A DNA stretch of 64,000 nt, taken from assembly GCA_934546935.1 (NCBI GenBank), contig CAKTEH010000004.1, positions 15,756-79,755 of the forward strand. The letters are read 5' to 3'. A program made the translations under genes and the position numbers. Each line of letters opens with the position of its first letter. The first letter of the stretch is position 1. The notes under the pieces are model-generated. The model searched no databases. It worked only from the letters and a program-made list of their open reading frames with translations, and had not been told where the DNA came from. The DNA is from an uncultured Eubacteriales bacterium. GTDB taxonomy: Bacteria > Bacillota > Clostridia > Oscillospirales > QAMX01. Positions 27,167 through 37,244 of this stretch are shown here, piece by piece.

Positions 27167-28153
27167 ATGATTTTTGCAGACAAAATCGTTGCACTGCGCA
27201 AGAAAAACGGCTGGTCGCAGGAAGAGCTTGCGGAAAAAATGGAGGTCTCCCGGCAATCGGTTTCTAAATGGGAAAGTGCGCAGTCGGTGCCAGATCTGGA
27301 GAAGGTTCTGCGCCTGTCCCGCCTGTTTGGCGTCAGCACGGACTACCTGCTGAAGGATGAGCAGGAGGAAGTGGAATATTCAGAAGCGCAGGATGAATTG
27401 CCTTCTGCGCGCCGGGTCAGCATGGAAGAGGCCAATGCTTTTCTGTGTGCTAAAGATTATACAGCCGGGAAGATCGCCTTTGCAACGCTGCTTTGTATTT
27501 TATCACCGGTTTGTCTGTTCCTTCTTGCAGCGGCCAGCGAGACGGGAACGCTTGCGTTTTCCGAGAACCTGGCCTGTGGGCTCGGGCTGATAATCATGCT
27601 TCTGCTGGTTGCAGGCGCGGTGGCAATATATATTTACTGCGGTTCCAAAACCAGTGCATTTGCGTATCTGGAAAAAGAGGCTTTTGAAACCGAATATGGC
27701 GTCGCCGGGATGGTGAAACAGCGGCAGACTGCATATAAAGCGGTTTATACACGGTCCAATATTCTTGGCGCATGCCTATGTATTCTTTCCGTAGTTCCAC
27801 TTTTTTCCGGAGCGTTTCTTTTTGAATCAGAGCTGTATTTGGTTGGAATGTTGGCACTGACGATGCTTTTGGCGGGCATAGGGGTTGTCTTTTTCATTAC
27901 AGCCGGTATCCGGTGGGCAAGTATGCAGAAACTATTGCAAGAGGGGGACTATACCCGGCAGAGAAAAGCAGGCGCTTCTTTTTCCGATACAGTTTCAGCC
28001 GTATACTGGCTGCTTGTTGTCGCTGGCTTTCTTGCCTACAGCTTTTATACCGAGGATTGGGAAAACAGCTGGATCGTTTGGCCGGTTGCCGGTGTGCTTT
28101 ATGCGGCAGTGGCTGTGGTATGCGGGGCGCTGCACCATGAAGAAAAGCGCTGA
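27167..28153 (+). CDS. XRE-family HTH regulator fused to a multi-pass membrane domain
   Basis: The N-terminus IVALRKKNGWSQEELAEKMEVSRQSVSKWESAQSVPDLEKVLRLSRLFGVSTDYLL is a canonical Cro/C1 HTH, followed by about 5 hydrophobic segments. Confidence 0.8.
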   Translation: MIFADKIVALRKKNGWSQEELAEKMEVSRQSVSKWESAQSVPDLEKVLRLSRLFGVSTDYLLKDEQEEVEYSEAQDELPSARRVSMEEANAFLCAKDYTAGKIAFATLLCILSPVCLFLLAAASETGTLAFSENLACGLGLIIMLLLVAGAVAIYIYCGSKTSAFAYLEKEAFETEYGVAGMVKQRQTAYKAVYTRSNILGACLCILSVVPLFSGAFLFESELYLVGMLALTMLLAGIGVVFFITAGIRWASMQKLLQEGDYTRQRKAGASFSDTVSAVYWLLVVAGFLAYSFYTEDWENSWIVWPVAGVLYAAVAVVCGALHHEEKR

Positions 28154-28302
28154 TTGATCTTTATGTATGGCCTTAATTTGGATTTTAGCCCGGCTTTGCC
28201 GGGCTTTCTTCATTTGGATCGGGGATATTTTTGTGCCAGGATAAGAAAAAAACGCTTCCGGATTTTCCGAAAGCGTTAGAAGTACGCCTATGCGGACGCC
28301 GC

Positions 28303-28971
28303 TTATTGAAAAGATGGCGCTGCAACCTTTGTATCGGGGAACGGGGAATCTGAGGGCGAAGGCTCGGACATGCTGAAATACATTTTTGCGGCTTTGGTCG
28401 TGCCAAAATCCTGGTTGGAGCCGGTGCGCTGCACTTTGTTGAAGGCCTCCCGGAACATGGCGTTGTGCGCTTCCTCGCGGTTGAGCAAAAAATCGATGGT
28501 TTCTCGAACCTTTTTATCCTCGATCTGCCGGTAGAGGTATTCATACACAACCTTTGCCCTTTGTTCAGACGCAATATTGGAAAGCAAATCTGCGCAAAGA
28601 TCACCGGTTACGGTGACGTAATCGCTGGTCCAGGAGTATCCGGAGGCATTAATCAGTCCAGGATTCAGTCCTAAAAGCACATGAGACTGGATTTCTCCCG
28701 CCGGAACACAAACGGCATCGACGTCGTGGCCGTTTAAAAGATGAATGGTCTGCGCGACCATTTCCATATGCCCGAGTTCTTCCGCCGCGATATCCAGAAA
28801 CAGATCCTTAATTTCCGGATCTTTAATCCTGAAGCTTTGAGACATATACTGCATCGCGGCCTTCAGCTCGCCGTTAGCTCCGCCCAGCTGTTCCTGCAGA
28901 AGCGCGGCATATTGGGGATTCGGCCTTTCCACGCCGACCGGATGGAAAAGAATTTTTTCATGTTTAAACAT
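28303..28971 (-). CDS. Manganese catalase family protein (CotJC-like)
   Basis: QEQLGGANGELKAAMQYMSQSF and AAEELGHMEMV are di-Mn catalase motifs. Confidence 0.88.
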   Translation of the reverse strand: MFKHEKILFHPVGVERPNPQYAALLQEQLGGANGELKAAMQYMSQSFRIKDPEIKDLFLDIAAEELGHMEMVAQTIHLLNGHDVDAVCVPAGEIQSHVLLGLNPGLINASGYSWTSDYVTVTGDLCADLLSNIASEQRAKVVYEYLYRQIEDKKVRETIDFLLNREEAHNAMFREAFNKVQRTGSNQDFGTTKAAKMYFSMSEPSPSDSPFPDTKVAAPSFQ

Positions 28972-29166
28972 AAAGCACCTCGCTTTCTATGCTTAAGTAT
29001 CTGTATTTACTTCGTTTTTCATGCATAAAAATGTTAAAAAACCTTGAAAACCTTTAAAAACAGATCAATTTGAGCTTGTGGCGTGGAAGGCATATGAGAA
29101 AACAGATTTTTTAACTTTGCGCTTGAAAAATCTGTTCAGGTATGTTAAAATATAAATACTGTTCAT

Positions 29167-29253
29167 GCCGGCGTGATGGAATTGGCAGACGTGCTGGACT
29201 CAAAATCCAGTGGTGGCGACACCGTGCGGGTTCGACCCCCGCCGCCGGCACCA
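29167..29253 (+). tRNA. tRNA-Leu (anticodon CAA), CCA encoded
   Basis: Acceptor GCCGGCG/CGCCGGC, D-arm GGAAUUGGCAGAC, anticodon stem-loop CUGGA-CUCAAAA-UCCAG, long variable arm, T-arm GCGGG-UUCGACC-CCCGC, then ACCA. Upstream promoter TTGAAA..TAAAAT (about 29122-29151) and a downstream hairpin (about 29257-29295). Confidence 0.93.
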
Positions 29254-29658
29254 AGAAAAGCCCTAGGTATCAGCTTGATATCTGGGGCTTTTCTGCGTCC
29301 AAGGCCGATTTTTTATTTTCGGGTGCGGAGTCAAATCTGTGGGTTGAAAAGCATATTTACAAGCAAAAATGCTAATGAAATTTGCCAATATAATCTCGCA
29401 GTCCGTTTTATCTTGTAATTGCATCAGGCGCGGCTGTCTTTTTCATCGTTGAACGGAAAAGATATTCCTGCCGAAAAAATAAAGATATATTCGCGAGGCT
29501 GAAAGATGCTGTTTACTTATTCGAGGTTTTTTGCCGTAAAGCGCGGCTGATGGACTGCCTTGAAAATCAGGAATTTTCGCAAATGCAAAGCAAAAAATAC
29601 CAGGCACTGGGGCGGAAGCAAACTATATTTTGAAGCATCAATGGACGACAAATATTTA

Positions 29659-29904
29659 TTACCCGTCCAGTTTATTTCCGCAATACGGACATCGTTCTAA
29701 AGGCTTTAGCAGCAGTAAATCCGGCAAATGGTTTCCGCAGCTCGGGCAACGGAATCCATGTCGCCCCACGATAGCAATTGCAATGGCTTCCGCGGCAATT
29801 GCCCAAAGTAAGTACACGTTTTTTGTGAACAGACCGATTAATATACAAAGAATCATTGCCGCAGCCAAACAGAAAGCAATGCGGCGGGCAAGCTTATAAG
29901 TCAT
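29659..29904 (-). CDS. Small membrane protein with C-terminal zinc-ribbon (CPSCGN...CPYCGN)
   Basis: 81 aa with two hydrophobic helices followed by CxxC-x17-CxxC. It overlaps the stop of the upstream hydrolase gene by 11 nt. Confidence 0.5.
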   Translation of the reverse strand: MTYKLARRIAFCLAAAMILCILIGLFTKNVYLLWAIAAEAIAIAIVGRHGFRCPSCGNHLPDLLLLKPLERCPYCGNKLDG

Positions 29905-30724
29905 ACTGATCCCCTTTTTTTGTTATTCCAAGCAGATTTTCCAACCAGGCGTAGGCCTGCACTTTCTTGGTGAGGAAGATTCCGCGTGGCGCGATTTCTG
30001 CAGCAAGCTCGTCCACATCGCAGTACTGTGCCATGCCGGGGACATAAAGTGCATAGTTGTGAATGATGTGCGCGTTGAAAATGGAACGCAGCGTACCGGT
30101 GCCGCAGGAGGATATCCCTGCGCGGATGCGGCGGTCATACCAGGTAATCCAAAGCGTCTCCTGGCCGCCGAGAGAGTGCCCGACCGCGCCGATGCGCCGG
30201 GCGTCAACAAAATCCAGCGATTCCAGAAGGTCGACTGCGACGGAGAGATCATGCAGATATTTTGTCTGCAGGCATGCGCCATGGGTCAGATACTGTAGGA
30301 ATGCAAAGCGTTCATATTGGCTCAGCGTTTCCGGGCAGTCGGCAAAGGGGGAGGGGATACGTTCTTCGAAGCACAAAAGGTCAGGCGCAAGGACGACAAA
30401 GCCGCGCCGGACAAGATCCAGCCCGTAAGCTTGCATTGGATCCCCAGCCAGTCCGACAACCTCGCTTTTTCCCAAAGCCCATTTTCCCGCGTGCTGGTGG
30501 ATGGCGAGGACTGCGGGGCTTTTGGCCGGGGCGTGTTTGGGAATCAGGAGAAATGCGCGGATGCGTTCATCCTTTTCGACGCAATATTCGACCAGACGGC
30601 GCAGATGGTCGCCTGCGTCCGTTTCAGAAAGGGTGCGAAGTTGCAGCGGCATTTTTTCCGGGAACCTGCCGAGGCAGGAAAGGATTTGTTCTCTCATATC
30701 ATCCTCCGTGTTTCCATTTTTCAC
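29894..30724 (-). CDS. Alpha/beta hydrolase (dienelactone hydrolase / esterase-like)
   Basis: Nucleophile elbow GHSLGG and an overall alpha/beta-fold pattern. 276 aa. Confidence 0.7.
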   Translation of the reverse strand: MKNGNTEDDMREQILSCLGRFPEKMPLQLRTLSETDAGDHLRRLVEYCVEKDERIRAFLLIPKHAPAKSPAVLAIHQHAGKWALGKSEVVGLAGDPMQAYGLDLVRRGFVVLAPDLLCFEERIPSPFADCPETLSQYERFAFLQYLTHGACLQTKYLHDLSVAVDLLESLDFVDARRIGAVGHSLGGQETLWITWYDRRIRAGISSCGTGTLRSIFNAHIIHNYALYVPGMAQYCDVDELAAEIAPRGIFLTKKVQAYAWLENLLGITKKGDQYDL

Positions 30725-31374
30725 AGCGTAAGCAGCAGCGCTTCCGTCTGTTCTATAGTATCGGCGATATAATCTGCGCCTGCAGCTTCGAGTTCTCCGG
30801 CTTTAGCGTAGCCGAAGCGGACGCCAAGGCTTGCAATGCCGTTGATTTTTGCACCAAGGATGTCATGCCGCCGGTCTCCAACCATAATGCAGCGCTGGCG
30901 GTCTTTTTCAGACAGACGCAGACGCAGGAGGGCTTCGGCGATGACCTCGGCCTTTGCGCTGCGCCTGCCGTCGAGCTCGCTGCCTACAACTACAGAAAAA
31001 TAGGAAGCAAGCGCATATTTTTCCAAGATCTGTTGCGCAAATATCCAGGGTTTTGAGGTTGCCAGCGCCAGAGTTTTTCCTGCATCACACAGGTGCTGGA
31101 GCATAGGACGGATTCCCGGATATACGCGGTTTTCAAATACGCCGGCCGTGGAAAACCGCTCGCGGTATTTTTCCACGGCGAGCTTTGCCTTTTCTTCATC
31201 AAAACCATAAAATTGCATAAAGGAATCCATAAGCGGCGGGCCGATAAATTCAGTTAACGTATTTAAGTCGGCGGTCTGAATACCGAAATGGCGCAGCGCA
31301 TAAGCAACACAGCGTGTAATCCCCTCTTTTGGGTCAGTCAGTGTTCCATCCAGATCAAAAAGCAAAATATCCAT
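30721..31374 (-). CDS. HAD-superfamily hydrolase (phosphoglycolate phosphatase-like)
   Basis: Motif I LFDLDGTLTD, motif II TSK, motif III/IV GDRRHD. Confidence 0.85.
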   Translation of the reverse strand: MDILLFDLDGTLTDPKEGITRCVAYALRHFGIQTADLNTLTEFIGPPLMDSFMQFYGFDEEKAKLAVEKYRERFSTAGVFENRVYPGIRPMLQHLCDAGKTLALATSKPWIFAQQILEKYALASYFSVVVGSELDGRRSAKAEVIAEALLRLRLSEKDRQRCIMVGDRRHDILGAKINGIASLGVRFGYAKAGELEAAGADYIADTIEQTEALLLTL

Positions 31375-31445
31375 TTTCTACACTCCCGGGATTTATGAAA
31401 AAGGCGTCGGAAAAATTCCAACGCCTTTTATTTCGTTTAGAAACT

Positions 31446-32414
31446 TTATGCTTTGCCGTTGCAGCCAAGTACATCGACGATCTTATGACGGACCATTTCC
31501 TTAATATTGGCGCGGGCGGGCTTAAGGTATTCACGCGGGTCAAACTTGTCCGGATGCTGTGCAAAGAATTCACGGATCGTGCCAGTCATGGCAAGACGCA
31601 GGTCGGAGTCAATATTGATTTTACAAACGGACATAGTAGAGGCTTTGCGCAGCTGCTCCTCGGGGATACCGACTGCATCCGGCATCTTTCCGCCGTTTTC
31701 GTTGATCATCTTTACGAAATTCTGCGGGACAGAGGAGGATCCGTGCAGCACGATCGGGAAGCCCGGCAGGCGGCGGGAAATCTCTTCAAGGATGTCGAAA
31801 CGCAGGGGGGGCGGAACCAAGATGCCCTTTTCGTTACGGGTGCACTGTTCCGGGGTAAATTTGTATGCGCCATGGCTGGTACCAATGGCAATGGCAAGGG
31901 AGTCGACGCCGGTCTTTTCGACGAACTCCTCAACCTCTTCCGGACGGGTGTAGGAGGAATCTTCGGCGGAAACCTTGACGTCGTCTTCAACGCCGGCAAG
32001 GGTGCCCAGTTCACCTTCAACGACAACGCCGTGCGCGTGGGCATATTCCACAACCTTGCGGGTCAGGGCGATATTATCTTTAAAGGAATGGGAGGAACCG
32101 TCAATCATAACGGAGGTAAAGCCGCCGTCAATGCAGGATTTGCAGGTTTCAAAATCGGGACCGTGGTCGAGGTGCAGGACGATCGGAATTTCCGGGCATT
32201 CGATGACTGCGGCTTCGACGAGCTTGACAAGGTAGGTGTGGTTGGCATAAGCACGCGCACCCTTGGAAACCTGAAGGATCAGCGGGGCTTTTTCCTCACG
32301 GGCAGCCTCAGTGATACCCTGGACAATCTCCATATTGTTGACGTTGAAAGCGCCGATGGCGTAGCCGCCTTCATAAGCTTTCTTGAACATTTCGGTAGAA
32401 GTTACCAGTGCCAT
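31446..32414 (-). CDS. fba: Class II fructose-1,6-bisphosphate aldolase
   Basis: AIGAFNVNNME, LHLDHG, LEEI..PIVLHGSS and the overall FbaA pattern. Terminator hairpin at about 31403-31432. Confidence 0.92.
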   Translation of the reverse strand: MALVTSTEMFKKAYEGGYAIGAFNVNNMEIVQGITEAAREEKAPLILQVSKGARAYANHTYLVKLVEAAVIECPEIPIVLHLDHGPDFETCKSCIDGGFTSVMIDGSSHSFKDNIALTRKVVEYAHAHGVVVEGELGTLAGVEDDVKVSAEDSSYTRPEEVEEFVEKTGVDSLAIAIGTSHGAYKFTPEQCTRNEKGILVPPPLRFDILEEISRRLPGFPIVLHGSSSVPQNFVKMINENGGKMPDAVGIPEEQLRKASTMSVCKINIDSDLRLAMTGTIREFFAQHPDKFDPREYLKPARANIKEMVRHKIVDVLGCNGKA

Positions 32415-32722
32415 TTTACTCGCTCCTTATTTTGATAAATTTAAAAGGCGTTTTTTGGCTTTTGACCATTACTAAGTATACCAGTATTTTTCCACTTTAG
32501 CAAGCCTAAAGCGGAATTTCCAGCCAAAAATGTCATTTCTGTTATAAGTGTCCGCATTTTTTCCTGCATTTTTGGACGAAAGCATAAATTTGTATGAAAA
32601 ATTGATTTTCCGGAAGGATTATGGTATAATCAAAAAAGCTGAAATGCGGGAGCACCGGTTTGCAGGAGATTTCCGGCTGTACCGGCACCGCTTAGAATTA
32701 TTGAGTTTTGGAGGTCATGTTT

Positions 32723-33961
32723 ATGGCACAGCTGAAAGGCGCATGCATTATCGGGCAGTCCGGCGGTCCTTCCGCAGTGATCAACTGCTCGGCTTACGGC
32801 GTCATTAAAACCGCTTTGGAAAATCCGAGCATTACAAAGGTTTACGGCGCATACCACGGCATCAAAGGCGTCCTCAACGATGAGCTGATGATTATGGATG
32901 AGGAAGATGCTTGCGAACTGGAAAATATGCTGCATACCCCGTCCTCAGCACTCGGTTCCTGCCGCTATAAAATTGCAGATCCGGATGATGACGACACCGA
33001 TTATAAGCGCATTCTTGAAATTTTCAAGAAATACGACGTACGCTATTTTTTCTATAACGGCGGAAACGATTCGATGGATACCTGCAATAAGATTTCGAAA
33101 TATATGAACCGTATCGGGTATGACTGCCGTGTTATGGGCGTTCCGAAAACGATTGATAACGACCTCGCAGGTACCGACCACTGCCCGGGCTTTGCGTCCG
33201 CAGCCAAATATATTGCGACGTCTATCATGGAAGTCTCCCGTGACAGCCAGGTTTATGATACTGGCATGATTACCATCATCGAGTGCATGGGCCGCCATGC
33301 CGGGTGGCTGACAGCCGCCGCGGCGCTCGCGGGTGTAAAGGGAGACGGCCCGGATCTCGTCTATCTGCCGGAAGTTGATTTTAATATGGATAACTTTATC
33401 GCCGATATTAAGCGCGTCTACGGCGAAAAGAAGAATTGCATTGTCGCCGTCTCCGAAGGCGTCCATTATGCAGACGGCACTTTTGTTTCCGAAGCGAAAA
33501 CCTCCGGTACCGACGGATTTGGACATGCCCAGCTCGGTGGTCTTGCCGCAAGACTGGCGGATGTCGTCAAGGCTGCAACCGGCGCTAAAGTCCGCCCAAT
33601 TGAGCTGAGCCTGCTGCAGCGCTGTGCAGCGCACTGCGCTTCTGGCACGGATATCGCGGAATCCTTTATGTCCGGAAAGGTTGCCGTAGAAGCAGCCGTG
33701 GAAGGTGCGACCGATAAAATGGTCGGCTTTGCCTGCACCCGTGATGAAAATGGTTATAAGTGCGAGCCGAAGCTTTTCGACCTCAGCCTTGTTGCAAATA
33801 CGGAGAAGAAAGTCCCGTTGGAGTGGATTAATGAGGCTGGCAACGGCGTAACCCAGGACTTCATCGACTACTGCCTGCCGTTAATCCAGGGTGAAACCGG
33901 TATGGTTAAAGAAGACGGGCTGCCTCGATTCGTAAACCTCAAGAAGGTTTTTGCCAAATAA
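32723..33961 (+). CDS. pfp: Phosphofructokinase, PPi-dependent type (diphosphate-fructose-6-phosphate 1-phosphotransferase)
   Basis: PFK family (GQSGGPSAVIN, MGRHAGW). It has GGNDS where ATP-PFKs have GGDGS, and PKTIDND where ATP-PFKs have PGTIDND; the Asp/Lys pair marks PPi enzymes. ATG 32723 lies 8 nt after GGAGG. Promoter TTGATT..TGGTATAAT is upstream. Confidence 0.8.
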   Translation: MAQLKGACIIGQSGGPSAVINCSAYGVIKTALENPSITKVYGAYHGIKGVLNDELMIMDEEDACELENMLHTPSSALGSCRYKIADPDDDDTDYKRILEIFKKYDVRYFFYNGGNDSMDTCNKISKYMNRIGYDCRVMGVPKTIDNDLAGTDHCPGFASAAKYIATSIMEVSRDSQVYDTGMITIIECMGRHAGWLTAAAALAGVKGDGPDLVYLPEVDFNMDNFIADIKRVYGEKKNCIVAVSEGVHYADGTFVSEAKTSGTDGFGHAQLGGLAARLADVVKAATGAKVRPIELSLLQRCAAHCASGTDIAESFMSGKVAVEAAVEGATDKMVGFACTRDENGYKCEPKLFDLSLVANTEKKVPLEWINEAGNGVTQDFIDYCLPLIQGETGMVKEDGLPRFVNLKKVFAK

Positions 33962-33973
33962 GCGAAGAATGCA

Positions 33974-34013
33974 AACCGGTGATGCAAATTCCTGCATCAC
34001 CGGTTCTTTTTTT
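33974..34013 (+). terminator. Intrinsic terminator of pfp
   Basis: AACCGGTGATGCA / TGCATCACCGGTT stem followed by CTTTTTTT. Confidence 0.85.
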
Positions 34014-34121
34014 GTCGGAAACCGACCTGATTTAACGGCCGCCAGAACTTTTTCTTGACGGCTGTAGAGGAGATTGCCTATAATTTAAGCAACGCTTATG
34101 CATAAACGAAAGGGGCATGTT

Positions 34122-35456
34122 ATGAAAAAGACGGTTGTGTATTCATCATTACGCGGTTTCAATTATACGCAGTCTGACGCATGGAACGATCGGGATGGCT
34201 GGTCGCGTTATAATCACGCTATTGTGGACCGGGATATGGGCTATGCCGAACGTCTGCGGTTGAACAGCGCACGCATTTTCCTGCCTTATTCGTGTTACAG
34301 GGAGAATCCGGAAAAATTCCTGGCGGATGTAAAGGACTTTGTCCAGACTGCCTGGAAACATGGGATTTCCACAAACCCGATTGTTTATTTCGGATTCTTT
34401 GCCACCGGTTCCCGCGAAGAAGAGTTTGAGCCGGTCGAAGGCGAATCACTTCGCCCGCTGGCAAAGACCATACGTGACCCGTCATTGTGGCATTATGGGG
34501 AAGCGTATTTTGACCGGCTTTATGAGGCCATTGGTTCTGAACCTGGGCTTTTATTCTGGGATATTTCCAATGAGCCGGGTTATACCGACAATTTTGTAAC
34601 CTGGTATGATGAGGAGCCGGCCTATGTCCAGGATTTCCGTCCTTGCCGCCCGGATATGGAAGAATTGCGTGCCAAACAGGAGAAAACCTGGGAATTTATC
34701 CGTCATTTCTGCAAATATGTTAAATCAAAGGATCCGGATCACGATATCGGTGTCGGCAATATTTTTATCTGGGAAACAGAACCGAGCCGAACCGCAGAAC
34801 TTGTTGATGTGATCGTATTCCATGACTATTCTGCCACGCGCGCGCGTCTGCGCGAAGCGCTGGATATGGCGGTTGCGCTTGGGAAAAAATACAATAAGCC
34901 GGTTGTTGATAATGAGATGTGCTGCATAGGCCGCGGCAATCCTTATGACATGGCGATCGGACTGCATGATGAATATAAAATCGGATGGTACCTCTTTGAG
35001 CTGATGATCGGGGAGGATGGATGGAATCGCGTCCACGGCGTCGTCTATCCCGATGGTACGGTCCGTGACCCGGCAATTGTCGCGGCAATTTACGGATTCC
35101 ACCGTAACCGGGGCGCCAGCGCGGTTCGTTCTGATGTGGGACAGGAGGATTATGTAAATCGCGCGATCTATTATGCGGATAAAGTACTGCATGATATCCG
35201 CCGGCCGCGCCGGCAGGATCACACTGCCGATGCGCAGGAACTGCTGGAAGCTTGTGAGTTTGCTGCAAATCTGCTTGAAGGCGGCGAGCTTGTCCCAATG
35301 GCTTATCCGCCGACAGCGAAAATCGAAGCTTATCGCCGGATGGAGAATCCGGATTGTTACGAAATCGCAGATTACCTGACTGCTCTGATTGAGACGCTGA
35401 AGAAAAGCTGTCATTATGTCAAGGAGGATAACACCCTGCGTGAGCTTCGCATATAA
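34122..35456 (+). CDS. Clan GH-A (TIM-barrel) glycoside hydrolase, family unassigned
   Basis: WDISNEPGY (acid/base NEP motif) and a later VVDNEMCC (candidate nucleophile Glu). 444 aa from ATG 34122 behind GAAAGGGG. Confidence 0.6.
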   Translation: MKKTVVYSSLRGFNYTQSDAWNDRDGWSRYNHAIVDRDMGYAERLRLNSARIFLPYSCYRENPEKFLADVKDFVQTAWKHGISTNPIVYFGFFATGSREEEFEPVEGESLRPLAKTIRDPSLWHYGEAYFDRLYEAIGSEPGLLFWDISNEPGYTDNFVTWYDEEPAYVQDFRPCRPDMEELRAKQEKTWEFIRHFCKYVKSKDPDHDIGVGNIFIWETEPSRTAELVDVIVFHDYSATRARLREALDMAVALGKKYNKPVVDNEMCCIGRGNPYDMAIGLHDEYKIGWYLFELMIGEDGWNRVHGVVYPDGTVRDPAIVAAIYGFHRNRGASAVRSDVGQEDYVNRAIYYADKVLHDIRRPRRQDHTADAQELLEACEFAANLLEGGELVPMAYPPTAKIEAYRRMENPDCYEIADYLTALIETLKKSCHYVKEDNTLRELRI

Positions 35457-35506
35457 ATTGCCCAGCCCCGTAAAATCTGTGCGCAGGGAGAAAATAGGGA
35501 TAAAAA

Positions 35507-35545
35507 AGCCCGGAACCGGTAATTTCCCCGGTTCCGGGCTTTTAT
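35507..35545. terminator. Bidirectional terminator between convergent genes
   Basis: AGCCCGGAACCGG / CCGGTTCCGGGCT stem flanked by A6 and T4. It overlaps the stop of the decarboxylase gene. Confidence 0.8.
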
Positions 35546-36987
35546 TCTGCACAGACAACAAAAATCCCGTCGCAGAGCCCGCCAAAACTCGCATGCAGCC
35601 TTCCGGGAATTCCGGCAGCACGGGCCAGCGCTCCGGCAAGCGCTGCATCGATCCGTTCCCCGGGAATCAGCATTGGGATCCCAGGCGGATAGGCCCAGAC
35701 ATATTCCGCAGCGATATGTCCGGCGCACTGCCCCCAAGGGACGAGCTTGCGCGGCGCATTGAGCGCTTCCTCGGGCGGTATGGCGAGGTGTGGGAGGGAT
35801 TTGTAAAGTGTGCTTTCTGCGTCGGGCGGTATTTTTTGGGGAGGCAGGATAGACAGGGCTGTATCAAGCGCTGCAAGTACTGAAGCAAAGCGCCGGATAT
35901 TCTCACGGGTATCGCCAAGTCCGGTCATTGCCAGCGCGTATCCCGGTGCGGCCATCTCCAATTCGACCGCGTAATTTTCCCGCAGTAGCTGCATAAGCGC
36001 TGTTCCGGAAAGGCCGGGGGTATGCAAAAGGATTTTTCCCGGATCAAAGGCAAATACCTCTTCGGGAAGGGGGAGGGCGCGCAGCAAAACCTGGATCCGC
36101 GTAAGCCTGGAGATGTTCTGGTCAAATTCCTGCAGGTTTTCGCGCCATAATGTCAAAAGCTCCGGCTTTTCCCGCAGAAGCGTTATACAACCGTCGATAG
36201 ACGCCATAAGCAGGTAGGAGGGACTGCTTGTCTGAAAAACTGCCAGCGCATGGCGCAGTTTCCCCGGGTCTATGCGGCTTGTACAGCGATGCAGGATCGC
36301 GGTCTGCGTCAGGGAGGACAAGGTTTTGTGTAAGCTTTGGACGACAAGATCTGCTCCACATTGCACAGCGCCGGTGGGAAATGCGCCGGAAAGCCCGAGG
36401 TGCGCCCCATGCGCTTCGTCGACAAGCAAAAGCACCCCCTTTGCATGGCATACCCGTGCAATACCTGCAATGTCGCTGATAACGCCCTCGTAGCTTGGAC
36501 TTGTCAGGAATACTGCGCGTACCTGTGGATGCTGTGCAAGCGCCTGTTCAACTTGCACGGGGCTTATTGATCCGAAAATGCCGCTGTCTTTTATAGTAGG
36601 CGGAAGCAGAAAACGCGGGACGAGGCCGCAAAGTTCTATTGCGTGGTATACGGACTTATGAGATCCGCGCGCGAGCAAAAGCTCATCTCCACGCCGGAGC
36701 GCAGCATAAAGCATGGCAAGGATCCCACCGCTTGCACCGTTGACAAGGAAAAAGCTTTCTTCCGCGCCCCACAGTCCGGCAGCTTGCCGCTGCGCTTCAA
36801 GCAGGATCCCCTGCGGCGCGTGCAGATTATCAAAGCCTTCAATTTCTGTGATATCCACCCCCGCCCCGAGCCTGTCCAGATAGGGTGCCTGTGTGCAGTT
36901 GCGTTTGTGCCCGGGCATGTGCATTGCCAACGCTTGGCCTGTGCAGTATTTGCACAGCCTTTCATAGAGACTTGTGTAAGCCGCCAT
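35542..36987 (-). CDS. Orn/Lys/Arg decarboxylase family PLP enzyme
   Basis: HMPGHKRN near the N-terminus and SLHKTLSSLTQTA (PLP-lysine context) are typical of the SpeA/LdcC-like major domain. 481 aa. Confidence 0.8.
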   Translation of the reverse strand: MAAYTSLYERLCKYCTGQALAMHMPGHKRNCTQAPYLDRLGAGVDITEIEGFDNLHAPQGILLEAQRQAAGLWGAEESFFLVNGASGGILAMLYAALRRGDELLLARGSHKSVYHAIELCGLVPRFLLPPTIKDSGIFGSISPVQVEQALAQHPQVRAVFLTSPSYEGVISDIAGIARVCHAKGVLLLVDEAHGAHLGLSGAFPTGAVQCGADLVVQSLHKTLSSLTQTAILHRCTSRIDPGKLRHALAVFQTSSPSYLLMASIDGCITLLREKPELLTLWRENLQEFDQNISRLTRIQVLLRALPLPEEVFAFDPGKILLHTPGLSGTALMQLLRENYAVELEMAAPGYALAMTGLGDTRENIRRFASVLAALDTALSILPPQKIPPDAESTLYKSLPHLAIPPEEALNAPRKLVPWGQCAGHIAAEYVWAYPPGIPMLIPGERIDAALAGALARAAGIPGRLHASFGGLCDGIFVVCAE

Positions 36988-37244
36988 TGTACCGCCCCTT
37001 TCAAAAGGATGTTTTTATTATCGTCTATCTTTTCCCCTTCGTCAATTTCCGGTATTGAATCTGTGCAAACTTTCTATTTTTTTCGTTTTGATCTTCCCAT
37101 CTTTATAGAATTTATGGTATACTATATGCGGAAAGACTGGCCGGCATGGAGATGTATGCGGATTTGCCGCCGGACGGGAGCCGCCGGATATCCGGTGAAC
37201 ACACACAGTTCTGAATCCAGAGAGAAAAAAAGGAGAGAGCGCGT

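Noticed and set aside
29254-29658. A ~400-nt gene-free stretch after tRNA-Leu was examined as a possible integration hotspot (att site, integrase remnant) or sRNA.
   Set aside because: I could see no integrase or recombinase fragment and no obvious direct repeat of the tRNA 3' end, only short weak hairpins. It could still be checked with a repeat search.
31329-32435. 368-aa plus-strand ORF antisense to fba
   Set aside because: It is the mirror frame of a highly conserved aldolase gene, with a Gly/Asp/Phe-rich nonsense composition.
32640-32722. The 5' UTR of pfp (GCGGGAGCACCGG...ACCGGCACCGC) was inspected for a riboswitch.
   Set aside because: Only short, imperfect pairings are present and there is no match to any riboswitch core I know.
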